A DNA stretch of 64,000 nt, from NCBI GenBank assembly GCA_965224705.1, contig OZ245056.1, positions 768,001 through 832,000 on the forward strand. The letters run 5' to 3'. Below the pieces are notes generated by a model. The model was not told the DNA's origin. It ran no database searches and worked only from the letters and a program-made list of their open reading frames with translations. This document shows, piece after piece, positions 9,180 to 18,971 of this stretch. Source of the stretch: Spirochaetaceae bacterium. GTDB taxonomy: Bacteria > Spirochaetota > Spirochaetia > DSM-2461. A program made the position numbers and the translations under genes. Position 1 is the stretch's first letter. Each line of letters begins with the position of its first letter.

Positions 9180-10283
9180 ATGCAGTTTATTTGTGATAAG
9201 GAAATCATCCTGAAAGAGATCTATGTTGCACAGGATATAATTGTAACACGCAATGCTTCGTCGATACTGGCGAATGTCTTACTTGAAGCTGATGGGGATG
9301 CTCTTACAATAAAGGCAACAGATTTAAAAGTAAGCTTTGAAACACGAATCCCGGTATTGATTGATTCTCCAGGTTCTACGACCGTATTCTGCGGGAAATT
9401 CCTAAACATACTCAAAGCTTTACCGAGTGGTGATGTGCAATTCATTCAAAATGAAGATGAAAATCTTACAATTAACAGCGGCTCGGATATAAGCTTTCAG
9501 CTTCACAGTATTTCAGCCGACAAGTTTCCTGAAATACTTGATGCAGGTGATGGTGCCTTTTTTCCTGTCCCACAAAAGGTTTTCATCAATATGATTGAGA
9601 ATACAGTATTTGCCGTCAGCGATGATGAAACCAGGTTTTACATGAATGGTATATACATGGAGAAAAAAGAAGACCGGCTGGTGATGGTTGCTACGGATGG
9701 AAGGCGCCTAAGCTATATCTCCAATGAACTCGGGAATGATTTTCCGGATTTTGATGGGATCATCATTCCTCCTAAAATACTCAATCTTGTCCGTAAACTG
9801 GCCTCTGGTGAGGGTGATTTGATAATTGCCATAGCCGATAAAACCCTTTTTATTCGTTTTGATAATCAACGGGTTACAAGCAATCTCATTGAAGGTCAGT
9901 TCCCAAACTATGAACGTGTTATTCCCGAAAACAATGACTCCCTCATACAGGTAAGCAGAATGGAACTTCTTGATGCACTCAAGCGTGTATCGCTGCTTGC
10001 GGAAAAGAATTCAAAGAAAATCCATCTAACAGTGAGCAATAACACGATGAGTCTTCATTCTGTTGAAAGTGATATTGGTAAGGCTGAAGAAAAAACGCCA
10101 TGCAGGTATGAAGGGCCTGAAACTACATTCAGTTTGAATCATGTCTATCTTTCAGATCCGCTAAAAGCTATTGAAGAAGAAGAAGTGGTCTTAAAGTTTT
10201 CTGATCCCAGGAAAGCAGTTATACTGGTTTCGGAGCCGGAGAAGTCATTTTTTCATGTCATCATGCCGATTCAGAAGGATTAG
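9180..10283 (+). CDS. dnaN: DNA polymerase III beta clamp
   Basis: ATDL, FAVSDDETRFYMNG, ATDGRRL, EGQFPNYERVIP and VIMP motifs. Confidence 0.97.
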   Translation: MQFICDKEIILKEIYVAQDIIVTRNASSILANVLLEADGDALTIKATDLKVSFETRIPVLIDSPGSTTVFCGKFLNILKALPSGDVQFIQNEDENLTINSGSDISFQLHSISADKFPEILDAGDGAFFPVPQKVFINMIENTVFAVSDDETRFYMNGIYMEKKEDRLVMVATDGRRLSYISNELGNDFPDFDGIIIPPKILNLVRKLASGEGDLIIAIADKTLFIRFDNQRVTSNLIEGQFPNYERVIPENNDSLIQVSRMELLDALKRVSLLAEKNSKKIHLTVSNNTMSLHSVESDIGKAEEKTPCRYEGPETTFSLNHVYLSDPLKAIEEEEVVLKFSDPRKAVILVSEPEKSFFHVIMPIQKD

Positions 10284-10285
10284 AA

Positions 10286-11365
10286 TTGGGTTTCCAGTCC
10301 GTACGGTTTTACGGGTTTCGCAATCTTGATGACTGTACAATACAGCTGAATGCTCATGACATTCACTTCGTTGGTAATAATGGTCAGGGGAAAACAAATA
10401 TACTCGAATCCTTGTATCTATTGAGTTATGGTTCTTCGTTTCGCACCCGTCACGACAGGGACTTGATTACATGGGGCCGCAGAGAAATGGCCTTATCGGC
10501 CTCTACAGATAGGCCGGAAGAACCGGATGGCAGCCTTGGAATTTCAATAAAAAATGGAATCAAGTCCATCCAGCTGCATGGCAAAACAGTCAGAGATAGA
10601 AAAATACTGCTGCAAAGAGCTCCCACCATTGTTTTCGTCTATGAAGATTTTCTTCTGTCCGGAGGATCTCCTGAAAAACGCCGATGGTTCATGGATCAAA
10701 CTCTGAGTCTTCATGATTCCTGCTATGTTGATCAAATGCGGCGATATAAGAAAACGCTGAAGGAAAGAAATTACCTGCTTAAGAATCGGAACAGGGGATT
10801 GTTGAACCACTATACTGAGCAGCTTGTGTCTGCCGGGCTTGCTGTTGTAGAACAGCGTGATTCACTGACAAAGGAATTCAGCGATGTGTTTTCAATACTG
10901 TACAGAAAAGTTTCCAATCTGGATGTTCCAGTAACACTAACCTACGTACCTTCATGGGGTAGAAATCCAACCAGTGAGACTGTTTCCACAGTTCTCAAGG
11001 AAAAACTTGAGTTAGATCTTGCACAGGGAACAACAAGCGTTGGCCCTCAGCGAGATAGATTTGTATTCATGGCAGAAGGTCGGGATTTCAGCACAGGTGC
11101 ATCAACAGGTCAGCGACGCCTTCTCTCACTTGTACTGAGAGTCGCTCAAGCTCGCCTGTTTTTTGAAAAGACAGGGCAAAAACCCATACTCCTGCTTGAT
11201 GATGTACTGCTGGAACTTGACCCGAACAGTCGCCGCCGGTTTCGTGATAATCTACCTGAGGCAGAACAGATCTTCTATACATTTCTACCAGGAAATGAAA
11301 TGAACCGAAGTGGTGATGATTCATTAACATACGAAGTTAAAAACGGAGGTTTACATGAGCAATGA
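10286..11365 (+). CDS. recF: DNA replication/repair protein RecF
   Basis: GFRN, GNNGQGKTNILE, GPQRD, STGQRR and LLLDDVLLELD motifs. Confidence 0.95.
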   Translation: MGFQSVRFYGFRNLDDCTIQLNAHDIHFVGNNGQGKTNILESLYLLSYGSSFRTRHDRDLITWGRREMALSASTDRPEEPDGSLGISIKNGIKSIQLHGKTVRDRKILLQRAPTIVFVYEDFLLSGGSPEKRRWFMDQTLSLHDSCYVDQMRRYKKTLKERNYLLKNRNRGLLNHYTEQLVSAGLAVVEQRDSLTKEFSDVFSILYRKVSNLDVPVTLTYVPSWGRNPTSETVSTVLKEKLELDLAQGTTSVGPQRDRFVFMAEGRDFSTGASTGQRRLLSLVLRVAQARLFFEKTGQKPILLLDDVLLELDPNSRRRFRDNLPEAEQIFYTFLPGNEMNRSGDDSLTYEVKNGGLHEQ

Positions 11366-11660
11366 TGATCCCTTTACTCAGGCCGGTGATGCTCTTTCAA
11401 AGCTGTTCGACAGGCTGATACCGACAGAAGCACAGGAATACAACAGACTGAATACTGGCTGGAAACAAATAGTTGGAGAGGAAGCTTCATTTCATGTCAT
11501 ACCAAAAGACATTGTGAATGGAATCCTGATCCTTGAATCAGATCATCCAGGATGGACTCAACGAATAAGAATGATGGAAAGTCAAATATACAAAACAATT
11601 CGATCACGATATCCTGAACTGAAGATATCAAGGATCGTAATCCAAATGTCAGATCTGTGA
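11355..11660 (+). CDS. DUF721/DciA family protein
   Basis: W..IVG..., and GWTQ.I.M motifs; canonical position after recF. Confidence 0.8.
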   Translation: MSNDDPFTQAGDALSKLFDRLIPTEAQEYNRLNTGWKQIVGEEASFHVIPKDIVNGILILESDHPGWTQRIRMMESQIYKTIRSRYPELKISRIVIQMSDL

Positions 11661-11670
11661 ATCCGGCATC

Positions 11671-11699
11671 TTGACGTAATTTGTACTTGTGTATATATT
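11671..11699 (+). promoter_or_regulatory. Sigma70 promoter for the rpmH operon
   Basis: TTGACG-17 bp-TATATT upstream of rpmH. Confidence 0.6.
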
Positions 11700-11757
11700 A
11701 TCTTTGTTTTTCAGGTGCCCTTCAGCAACCTTGATCTTCTCCGGAGAGAAATGAATT

Positions 11758-11913
11758 ATGAAACGTACTTATCAACCAAGTAAGACCAGAAGAAATCGTA
11801 GATTCGGCTTCAGAGCCCGGATGAAAACAAGATCCGGCCGATTAATACTATCTCGTCGGCGCAGTAAGGGTCGGAAAAAGCTTTCGGTAACGGATGAAAA
11901 AAAGCCTTACTAA
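11758..11913 (+). CDS. rpmH: 50S ribosomal protein L34
   Basis: Not in the ORF track. Manual translation: [51 protein letters not shown]. Confidence 0.97.
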   Translation: MKRTYQPSKTRRNRRFGFRARMKTRSGRLILSRRRSKGRKKLSVTDEKKPY

Positions 11914-12247
11914 AGTAGAAAGGCTGAGAACAAAGAAAGAGTTTGCCCGGGTGTTTGATAAACCGGATGCCGAATCCGGATGCCGAGGGGCGAGAATAAT
12001 TGTTAAACGAAACGAGTTAGGCCATAACCGTTTCGTGGTTATTCCAGTAAGGAAATATGGGAATTCGATAGAACGTAATTATTCTCGCCGTATTCTTAGA
12101 GAGATTTACCGGAAGAATAAGCAACTCTTTCCCGCAGGCAATGATATTATCATTGTTTTATATCCTGGGAGATACAGATACCATGAACGCTATCAACAGT
12201 TCCTGGAGTTGGCTCAGGGCATCAGTTTTGCTAAGAAAAGCCGCTGA
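11894..12247 (+). CDS. rnpA: Ribonuclease P protein component
   Basis: ERL....EF..VF and [14 protein letters not shown] motifs; position after rpmH. Confidence 0.92.
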   Translation: MKKSLTKVERLRTKKEFARVFDKPDAESGCRGARIIVKRNELGHNRFVVIPVRKYGNSIERNYSRRILREIYRKNKQLFPAGNDIIIVLYPGRYRYHERYQQFLELAQGISFAKKSR

Positions 12248-12461
12248 TTGGCTGGCATGGCCACTGATAGTTCCTGTGAAAGTTTATCAGATTGTTATAT
12301 CACCACTTTTCCCCCGAAGTTGTCGATTTACACCAACCTGTTCATCCTACGCAGTTGAAGCTTTGAAAAAACATGGAATACTCAAGGGTCTGGGACTGAT
12401 GATCAGCCGTATCGTACGATGCCGTCCCGGAAACCCTGGGGGATATGATCCTGTACCATAA
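12183..12461 (+). CDS. yidD: Membrane protein insertion efficiency factor YidD
   Basis: YQ..ISP...[21 protein letters not shown] motifs; exact start uncertain. Confidence 0.9.
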   Translation: MNAINSSWSWLRASVLLRKAADWLAWPLIVPVKVYQIVISPLFPRSCRFTPTCSSYAVEALKKHGILKGLGLMISRIVRCRPGNPGGYDPVP

Positions 12462-12477
12462 TCAACCTGGAGGATAA

Positions 12478-14226
12478 ATGGATAAGAATACAGTCCTTGC
12501 AATTATTTTGACAACAATGATCATTACAGCAGGGATGTTTATAACAAACAGCATCAATGAGAAAAATGCACCGCCTGTCGATGAGATTCTGCCTGAATCA
12601 GTTGAACAGGTTGTTGAAGAGACAGAACCTATCCGTGAAGTGGAATCACTCTCCCGGTCTGTGCCCGATCAGGATTTCGAAAAAAAATCGATTACCGAAG
12701 AAACAAATTTATTCAGCATTACCTTCAGTACGGTCGGGGGTATTGCAACAGATATAGATCTCATTACGGAATATGATGATAACAAACCAATTTCCATGAT
12801 TCTTGATGGGAATACAGATGTTGGAACTTTCAATCTGGCCTTCGGCGGCCCGGATGCACCGTATATAACCGAGGTATTCGACCATAAACGCATACAGCGC
12901 GGCAAACAGATCATTCATGAGTTTACAAGACAATTTCAAAATGATGGCCGTACATTCACACTTGTTAAGAGTTATCGAATGATCCCAGATGAATACCTGA
13001 TTGAACTCATCATCACGTTAAAAACCCCCGATGGCCGGGCCGTTCCCCTGCTTGATACAGATCAGGCCGCTTATACACTTACTTATGGTCCGCAAATCGG
13101 CCCGGAGTTCGAAAAACTGGATGGACGTTACGAGGTGAGAGATTTTGTAAGCTGGGGACCTGATCCCCGCAGCGGTAAAATCAAGCGTAAAACCCATAAG
13201 AACAGGAATAAACTTGTTGAAATAAGCGATACTGTTACCTGGGCAGGAGTTATTGGAAAATACTTCGCCGTGATAATCAATCCTGGATCAGGAGGATCAA
13301 CCATTACATGGGATGGCAGACCTGTAGACGGGCACGATCAGCCATCGCGTATTCAGATTTCCAAACCGGCCAGGAGACAGAGCATCATTGAAGATACATT
13401 CCGGATCTATCTGGGTCCGTTGAGGAAGGAATCATTATCAAGGTATCAGAAAGCAGAAGATAACGCCTTCGGTTTATCAGGAATGGATTTTCAATTTGCT
13501 CCCCGGACAAGTTCATGGTTGGGATGGCTTGAGAGTATTCTTCGATTCCTGTTGGAAATCTTCTATAAATTAGTACCAAACTATGGTGTTGCCATCATAC
13601 TGCTGACGATATTGGTGAAGGCCATCCTCTATCCATTTACTCATAAGAGCTATGAATCTACAAGCAGAATGCAGGGGATACAGCCCAAACTGAAGGAGAT
13701 TCAGGAGCGCTATAAAGATGATGCACAGAAGCGCAATGAAAAAACAGCTGAGCTTTACAAAACAGAAGGGGTTAATCCCATGGGAGGCTGCCTTCCAATG
13801 TTGTTTCAATTTCCAATCTTCATTGCTCTATATGGCTTGTTAAACAGGTATTTCCCTCTGAGAGGAGCTGTCTTTATAGAAGGCTGGATTACTGATTTAT
13901 CCGCACCGGAATTTATATGGAAAGAATTTGGAAAACCTCTGAACCTTTTTGTTGTGAGTATTCCTGCGATCCGTATTCTGCCCATACTGTATCTTGGTGG
14001 ACAGCTCCTGATGACCCGGGTGACACAGCAGGGGCCAACAGGCGGACAATCTGCCATGCAGCAGAAAATGCTCACATTGGGAATGCCGATTATGTTTTTC
14101 TTCATTCTGTACAACATGCCGTCAGGCTTGCTTTTATACTGGACGGCAATGAATTTTATAACGATTGGCCAGCAACTGGTCACCAACTATTTCAAAAAGC
14201 TCAAAACAGCAGGAGCAATTAAATGA
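12478..14226 (+). CDS. yidC: Membrane protein insertase YidC
   Basis: NYGVAIILLT, NPMGGCLP and PSGLLLYW motifs. Confidence 0.96.
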   Translation: MDKNTVLAIILTTMIITAGMFITNSINEKNAPPVDEILPESVEQVVEETEPIREVESLSRSVPDQDFEKKSITEETNLFSITFSTVGGIATDIDLITEYDDNKPISMILDGNTDVGTFNLAFGGPDAPYITEVFDHKRIQRGKQIIHEFTRQFQNDGRTFTLVKSYRMIPDEYLIELIITLKTPDGRAVPLLDTDQAAYTLTYGPQIGPEFEKLDGRYEVRDFVSWGPDPRSGKIKRKTHKNRNKLVEISDTVTWAGVIGKYFAVIINPGSGGSTITWDGRPVDGHDQPSRIQISKPARRQSIIEDTFRIYLGPLRKESLSRYQKAEDNAFGLSGMDFQFAPRTSSWLGWLESILRFLLEIFYKLVPNYGVAIILLTILVKAILYPFTHKSYESTSRMQGIQPKLKEIQERYKDDAQKRNEKTAELYKTEGVNPMGGCLPMLFQFPIFIALYGLLNRYFPLRGAVFIEGWITDLSAPEFIWKEFGKPLNLFVVSIPAIRILPILYLGGQLLMTRVTQQGPTGGQSAMQQKMLTLGMPIMFFFILYNMPSGLLLYWTAMNFITIGQQLVTNYFKKLKTAGAIK

Positions 14227-14960
14227 AGACCATGGAATTTGAAGGACGAACCGAACAGGAAGCTGTCAAACGAGCGGCAGCAGAGCTTGGAAGTGAGAGT
14301 TTTGATGTTGAAGTCATAGAAAAAAGTGGAGGCTTCTTCGGCCGAAGCAAAGTAAGGATACGTGTCAAACTGTTAACTTCAATACCGAATCCCATTTCCG
14401 GAAGTAAAACACTTCCAGAAAGTGATTCATCGACAGATGCCCGCATGGATGAAACTCTTGATCCTCCTCCAGATCAGTTCCTTGAGAAGTCAAGTGAATT
14501 TGCTGAGGGAATCCTTAAGCGAATGGGTTATGAAAGCAAGGTCAGGTTCAAGAAAATGGACGGTGCGAAGGTAATTCTGGAGGTAACATCAAATTTCTCG
14601 AACATTATAATCGGGAAAAAAGGAAAGAATCTGGATGCACTTCAAGTTCTGGTCAATGTGTTTTTTTTCCGTCTGGTTAAAGACGTAAACCCATGGCGTA
14701 TAGTGATCGATACGGAGGGGTACAGAGCCCGGCAGGAAGAGGCTCTGATCAGAACGGCCCATCGTGCGGCTGATGAAGTTATTAGAACCGGTTCGAATCG
14801 TTTACTGGAACCAATGAACCCATTTGAACGGAAACTGATCCACACAACTATCGAAAACCGGGAAGATGTTGTAACCAGGAGTGAAGGAGACGGACTGTAT
14901 AAACGGGTTAAAATAATCGCAGGAAAAGCACGGAACAAGAAAAACCGAAACCGCCGTTAG
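14223..14960 (+). CDS. jag: Jag/KhpB (EloR) RNA-binding protein
   Basis: Jag N-domain, KH IIGKKGKNLDALQ and R3H ERKLIH. Confidence 0.93.
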   Translation: MKTMEFEGRTEQEAVKRAAAELGSESFDVEVIEKSGGFFGRSKVRIRVKLLTSIPNPISGSKTLPESDSSTDARMDETLDPPPDQFLEKSSEFAEGILKRMGYESKVRFKKMDGAKVILEVTSNFSNIIIGKKGKNLDALQVLVNVFFFRLVKDVNPWRIVIDTEGYRARQEEALIRTAHRAADEVIRTGSNRLLEPMNPFERKLIHTTIENREDVVTRSEGDGLYKRVKIIAGKARNKKNRNRR

Positions 14961-15018
14961 AATTTCCTGAAAAACAGCCTGGGAAATCAAGGCGAACTCA
15001 AGAACTCTGATGGATTTC

Positions 15019-16329
15019 TCAGAGGTGCCCGGAAGAATACTTTTCCAGCAGAAAACTCTCCAGATCTTCATCTTTATTGCCCATCACTATGGAATTCTTA
15101 TCTTTGCAGGCAAGGCTGGAGAGGGCCTCAGGCAGTTGGGGTTCTTCACCGACAGCATCCTTAACGGCCTGGACAAATTTCCCTGGATGAGCTGTTGACA
15201 GTATTATGGTATCAATACCGGGATGCTTCTCCCTATAGAGTTCTGCGGCCCGGTATCCTACGGCTGTATGGGGGCAGCAGAGATACCGATGTTCCCTGTA
15301 AACCCGTTTCATAATGCTTTTTGTGGTCTTATCATCGACGGCCCAGGCCTCAACATGGTCTCGAAAGATTTCAACATCACTGCGATAAAGATAATCCAGC
15401 CGCTCGTAATTACTTGGATCACCAACATCCATGGCATTGGAAAGTGTGGGGATTGACGGCCTGGGTAGATAGTTTCCAGTTTGAAGATAGGACGGTATGA
15501 CATCATTGGCATTTGTGGCCGCAATGAAATGCTTAACTGGAAGTCCCCATGACTGTGCATAGAGACCGGCTGTAATGTTACCGAAATTACCGCTTGGCAC
15601 GACGAAGGCAAAGTCACCTTTGCCTCTCATCTGTGTCCATGCCCAGATGTAATAGAAAGACTGAGGTATTAATCGGCCAAGGTTGATGGAATTGGCTGAA
15701 CTCAGAGGCAGGTTTCCCAATTTGGGATTGGTAAAGGCTGCCTTCGTCATCCGCTGACAATCGTCGAAACTCCCATCAATTTCCAGCGCTGTAATATTGC
15801 CTCCCAGAGTGGTTAATTGTTTTTCCTGAAGGAGGCTCACTCTGTTGGAGGGATAGAGGATCACAACATCAATGGATTCCTTATTGTGAAAAGCCTGTGC
15901 GACAGCACTTCCGGTATCTCCACTGGTGGCCGTAAGAATGATGGCCCTCCTGTTCCGATCATCAAGAAGCCGATCCATTGCGGAACCCAGAAACATTGCC
16001 CCGAAGTCTTTGAATGCACAACTGGGTCCATGGAAAAGTTCCAGCATGAATATCGTTTCATCAATCTGCCGAAGAACAGGACCGAAACTGAATGCACCAT
16101 CGATGATATCCTCTGCCGTTCTCCGGTTTATTTCCGGTTCAAGCAGACGGGTAGTCAGTTCTATCGACAGCTCGTTAAATGAAATACTGCTGTCCAATGA
16201 GGCAAAGAACGATGATAACTCCGGTATTTCCTGGAATTGGTACAGGCCTCCATCCGGTGCTAATCCATTGAATATCGCATCTGTGAAACTTCTCGGCTCA
16301 TCTGTATTGCGTGTGCTGATAAAACTCAT
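15019..16329 (-). CDS. thrC: Threonine synthase
   Basis: GLAPDGGLY, LFHGPSCAFKDFG, ATSGDTG, PSGNFGN and TAHPGKF motifs. Confidence 0.96.
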   Translation of the reverse strand: MSFISTRNTDEPRSFTDAIFNGLAPDGGLYQFQEIPELSSFFASLDSSISFNELSIELTTRLLEPEINRRTAEDIIDGAFSFGPVLRQIDETIFMLELFHGPSCAFKDFGAMFLGSAMDRLLDDRNRRAIILTATSGDTGSAVAQAFHNKESIDVVILYPSNRVSLLQEKQLTTLGGNITALEIDGSFDDCQRMTKAAFTNPKLGNLPLSSANSINLGRLIPQSFYYIWAWTQMRGKGDFAFVVPSGNFGNITAGLYAQSWGLPVKHFIAATNANDVIPSYLQTGNYLPRPSIPTLSNAMDVGDPSNYERLDYLYRSDVEIFRDHVEAWAVDDKTTKSIMKRVYREHRYLCCPHTAVGYRAAELYREKHPGIDTIILSTAHPGKFVQAVKDAVGEEPQLPEALSSLACKDKNSIVMGNKDEDLESFLLEKYSSGHL

Positions 16330-16453
16330 TCTTAATCCTGCCGGTTATCATAGCGAAGGTCTTCACCTGGTACAATATGGTATCTTGATGGCAATTGTCC
16401 AGAACAGGAAAACACCCATTGATACATACGGATTGGAATTGTAAGGTCACAGA

Positions 16454-17743
16454 ATGTCCAGATATGTTGTAGAAGGAGGATTCCCTGTCAGCGGGCGAAT
16501 AAAGGCATCCGGTAATAAGAATTCCGCACTTCCCTGCCTTGTCGCGACGCTTCTTACCAATGAAACAGTTTACCTTGAGAACGTTCCGGATATCGAGGAT
16601 ATCAAGGTGATAACTGATGTTTTAAATGACCTTGGAGCCAGAGTGGAGAAACGGAATCCCGGTGAGTGGGAGATCTGTTGTGATACGGTGAACGAAGCCG
16701 TAATCTCTGAAGAAGCGGCTTTGAAACTCCGGGCTTCAATCCTCTTTGCCGGAGCTATGCTCGGTCGCTTTGGCAGCGTTACGCTGCCGCCTCCTGGTGG
16801 AGATGTTATTGGCAGACGGCGTTTAGACACCCATTTTCTTGCATTCAAAGCATTGGGGGCTTCGGTTGAGATGAATGGTCAATTCGTTCTCACGGCGAAT
16901 AAACTGGTGGGTCAGGATGTTTTTCTTGATGAAGCATCGGTTACAGCAACCGAAAATGCTGTTATGGCGGCTGTGCGGGCCGAAGGGGAAACAATAATAC
17001 ATAATGCGGCAAGTGAACCCCATGTTCAGGATCTCTGTCGGCTTCTCAATGCCATGGGCGGGCGAATTACAGGCATCGGATCAAACATCATCAGAATTAA
17101 CGGCGTCAAGGCTCTTGGTGGATGCCGTTTCCGGATTGGCTCGGATTACATGGAAGTTGGTTCACTGATCGGTCTTGCTGCAGCAACAGGAGGAAACATC
17201 GTTATTGAAGACGCTGGACCTGAAAACCTCCGTATGTGCAGGCATGTATTTGGAAAGCTGGGCATCTCATGGAAAACAGATGGTTCAACTGTTATGGTTG
17301 GATCGGACCAGGAGATGAAAGTTGTTCAGGATATGGGCGGCATGATTCCCCGGATAGATGATGCTCCATGGCCGGGATTTCCGCCGGATTTAACAAGCAT
17401 TATTACCGTAGTGGCCACTCAAGTTGAAGGAACAGTCCTTGTTCATGAAAAGATGTTTGAATCAAGAATGTTCTTCGTGGATAAACTCATTGCCATGGGA
17501 GCTGGAATAATTCTCTGTGACCCTCACAGAGCGGTTGTAACAGGCCCAAGACGGCTGCGGGCAGCGGTGCTTACCTCTCCGGATGTTCGTGCAGGTATGG
17601 CCATGCTCATTGCCGCAATGGCCGCAAGGGGTACCAGTATTATCCGAAACGTTTATCAGATTGAACGCGGCTATGAAGACCTTATCACGAGGCTTCGATC
17701 CCTGGGTGCCCGTATTGAACGGATTGAAGAAGATCAGCTGTAA
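16454..17743 (+). CDS. murA: UDP-N-acetylglucosamine 1-carboxyvinyltransferase (Cys115Asp type)
   Basis: [26 protein letters not shown] and DVRAG motifs. Confidence 0.95.
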   Translation: MSRYVVEGGFPVSGRIKASGNKNSALPCLVATLLTNETVYLENVPDIEDIKVITDVLNDLGARVEKRNPGEWEICCDTVNEAVISEEAALKLRASILFAGAMLGRFGSVTLPPPGGDVIGRRRLDTHFLAFKALGASVEMNGQFVLTANKLVGQDVFLDEASVTATENAVMAAVRAEGETIIHNAASEPHVQDLCRLLNAMGGRITGIGSNIIRINGVKALGGCRFRIGSDYMEVGSLIGLAAATGGNIVIEDAGPENLRMCRHVFGKLGISWKTDGSTVMVGSDQEMKVVQDMGGMIPRIDDAPWPGFPPDLTSIITVVATQVEGTVLVHEKMFESRMFFVDKLIAMGAGIILCDPHRAVVTGPRRLRAAVLTSPDVRAGMAMLIAAMAARGTSIIRNVYQIERGYEDLITRLRSLGARIERIEEDQL

Positions 17744-17752
17744 GAGAAGAGA

Positions 17753-18135
17753 TGTGCACAACTTATCCACAACCAGAGGGTTTAAAGATTGCGGAATACC
17801 CAATCATTTCAATACTCCTGAGAGTTAAGGCGGATTTCCAAATCCGATTCTATTTCTTTGTAATAAAAAGAAATAGATATCAGTTACAGTAAGAGTGTAT
17901 TGTTGATTGATTTCACTGGAAATTCTGAACAGCATCTATTTCCTTGTTATTTCAAGTTTTGTAAGTTTTTCCACAGGTTATTCACAGAATACTGCGGCAA
18001 GGTGCAGCATTCTCAGTCAGCATCCAACTTAGGAATACTTCCAGTCGATTTGTAACACGTTGTCAGAAAAAGAAAAACAACATGGAACAGACATCCGCAG
18101 CTTCAATTTACCCCTGCGGCAGTTTTTTATACACA
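17753..18135. other. DnaA-box cluster with AT-rich segment (putative oriC or DnaA-titration locus)
   Basis: TGTGCACAA 17753 (reverse, 1 mismatch), TTATCCACA 17763, TTTTCCACA 17967, TTATTCACA 17978 and TTATACACA 18127; AT-rich stretch at ~17849-17965; all within a 523 bp intergenic gap. Confidence 0.7.
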
Positions 18136-18266
18136 TTTGAGAACAGCCATTCTCAGCCTTCAGAGTCGTCCCGAAGTAGATGTTTTCTGTAAAAATGCAA
18201 ATAAAAGTGAATTCAACCTGACAAACTTATGATATAATAGCTATAATACACAAAGAAGAGGAATCA

Positions 18267-18884
18267 ATGATGAAAAAAATCTTGTTACTGATTTTCATTA
18301 TGGTCGCCGCTGCGGTTACATTGCCGGCAAAGACTGAATTGCTGAACGTGAGCTATAGCCGCTATACCGGCTGGCTTGGAGTGGATGAGTACAGTTTATC
18401 AAGCATGGGATTGACTGTAGTGGGCATCTATGATAATAACTTCTATTTCCAACTCAATGGCTACTATGGATTGAGTTGGGAAGCATATGGAACTGAATTC
18501 TCATTGATAGAGTATGATTATCTACAAGCTGGAGGAATCAACGTCATTCTGGGCGTTGGCCACGATTTCAATTTTGGACCTATTGGACTCGTTCTTGGCG
18601 GGGGAATCTTTGGTGATTTCAATCTCATACAAATTCAAAATCAGTGGTACTCCTACTACTCCGGCGTCCGCGAAACTGCAAACTATTATTACTTAACAGG
18701 CGGGCTTGGTTTGGGAGCAAATTTCTATATCAAGTTTGGCAATTTCGTTATAAATGCAGGCGTAATGGGGGCCTGGAATCCATTAACATATTCATTCGGC
18801 AATTCTTATTCTGGATCAGAAAGAGCAACCAATCTATACCAGATGCAGCTCAGTGCAGGCCTTGGGATAGGCTGGTCGCGCTGA
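18267..18884 (+). CDS. Putative small outer-membrane beta-barrel protein
   Basis: Signal peptide, Gly/aromatic alternating strands and C-terminal AGLGIGWSR. Confidence 0.6.
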   Translation: MMKKILLLIFIMVAAAVTLPAKTELLNVSYSRYTGWLGVDEYSLSSMGLTVVGIYDNNFYFQLNGYYGLSWEAYGTEFSLIEYDYLQAGGINVILGVGHDFNFGPIGLVLGGGIFGDFNLIQIQNQWYSYYSGVRETANYYYLTGGLGLGANFYIKFGNFVINAGVMGAWNPLTYSFGNSYSGSERATNLYQMQLSAGLGIGWSR

Positions 18885-18971
18885 TACCTCCTGAAACACA
18901 CCTGCTTGAGGCAGATCCGCCTCATCGACCTCAATCATCTCGAAAATCTACTGACAGCCCATTATTGACCT

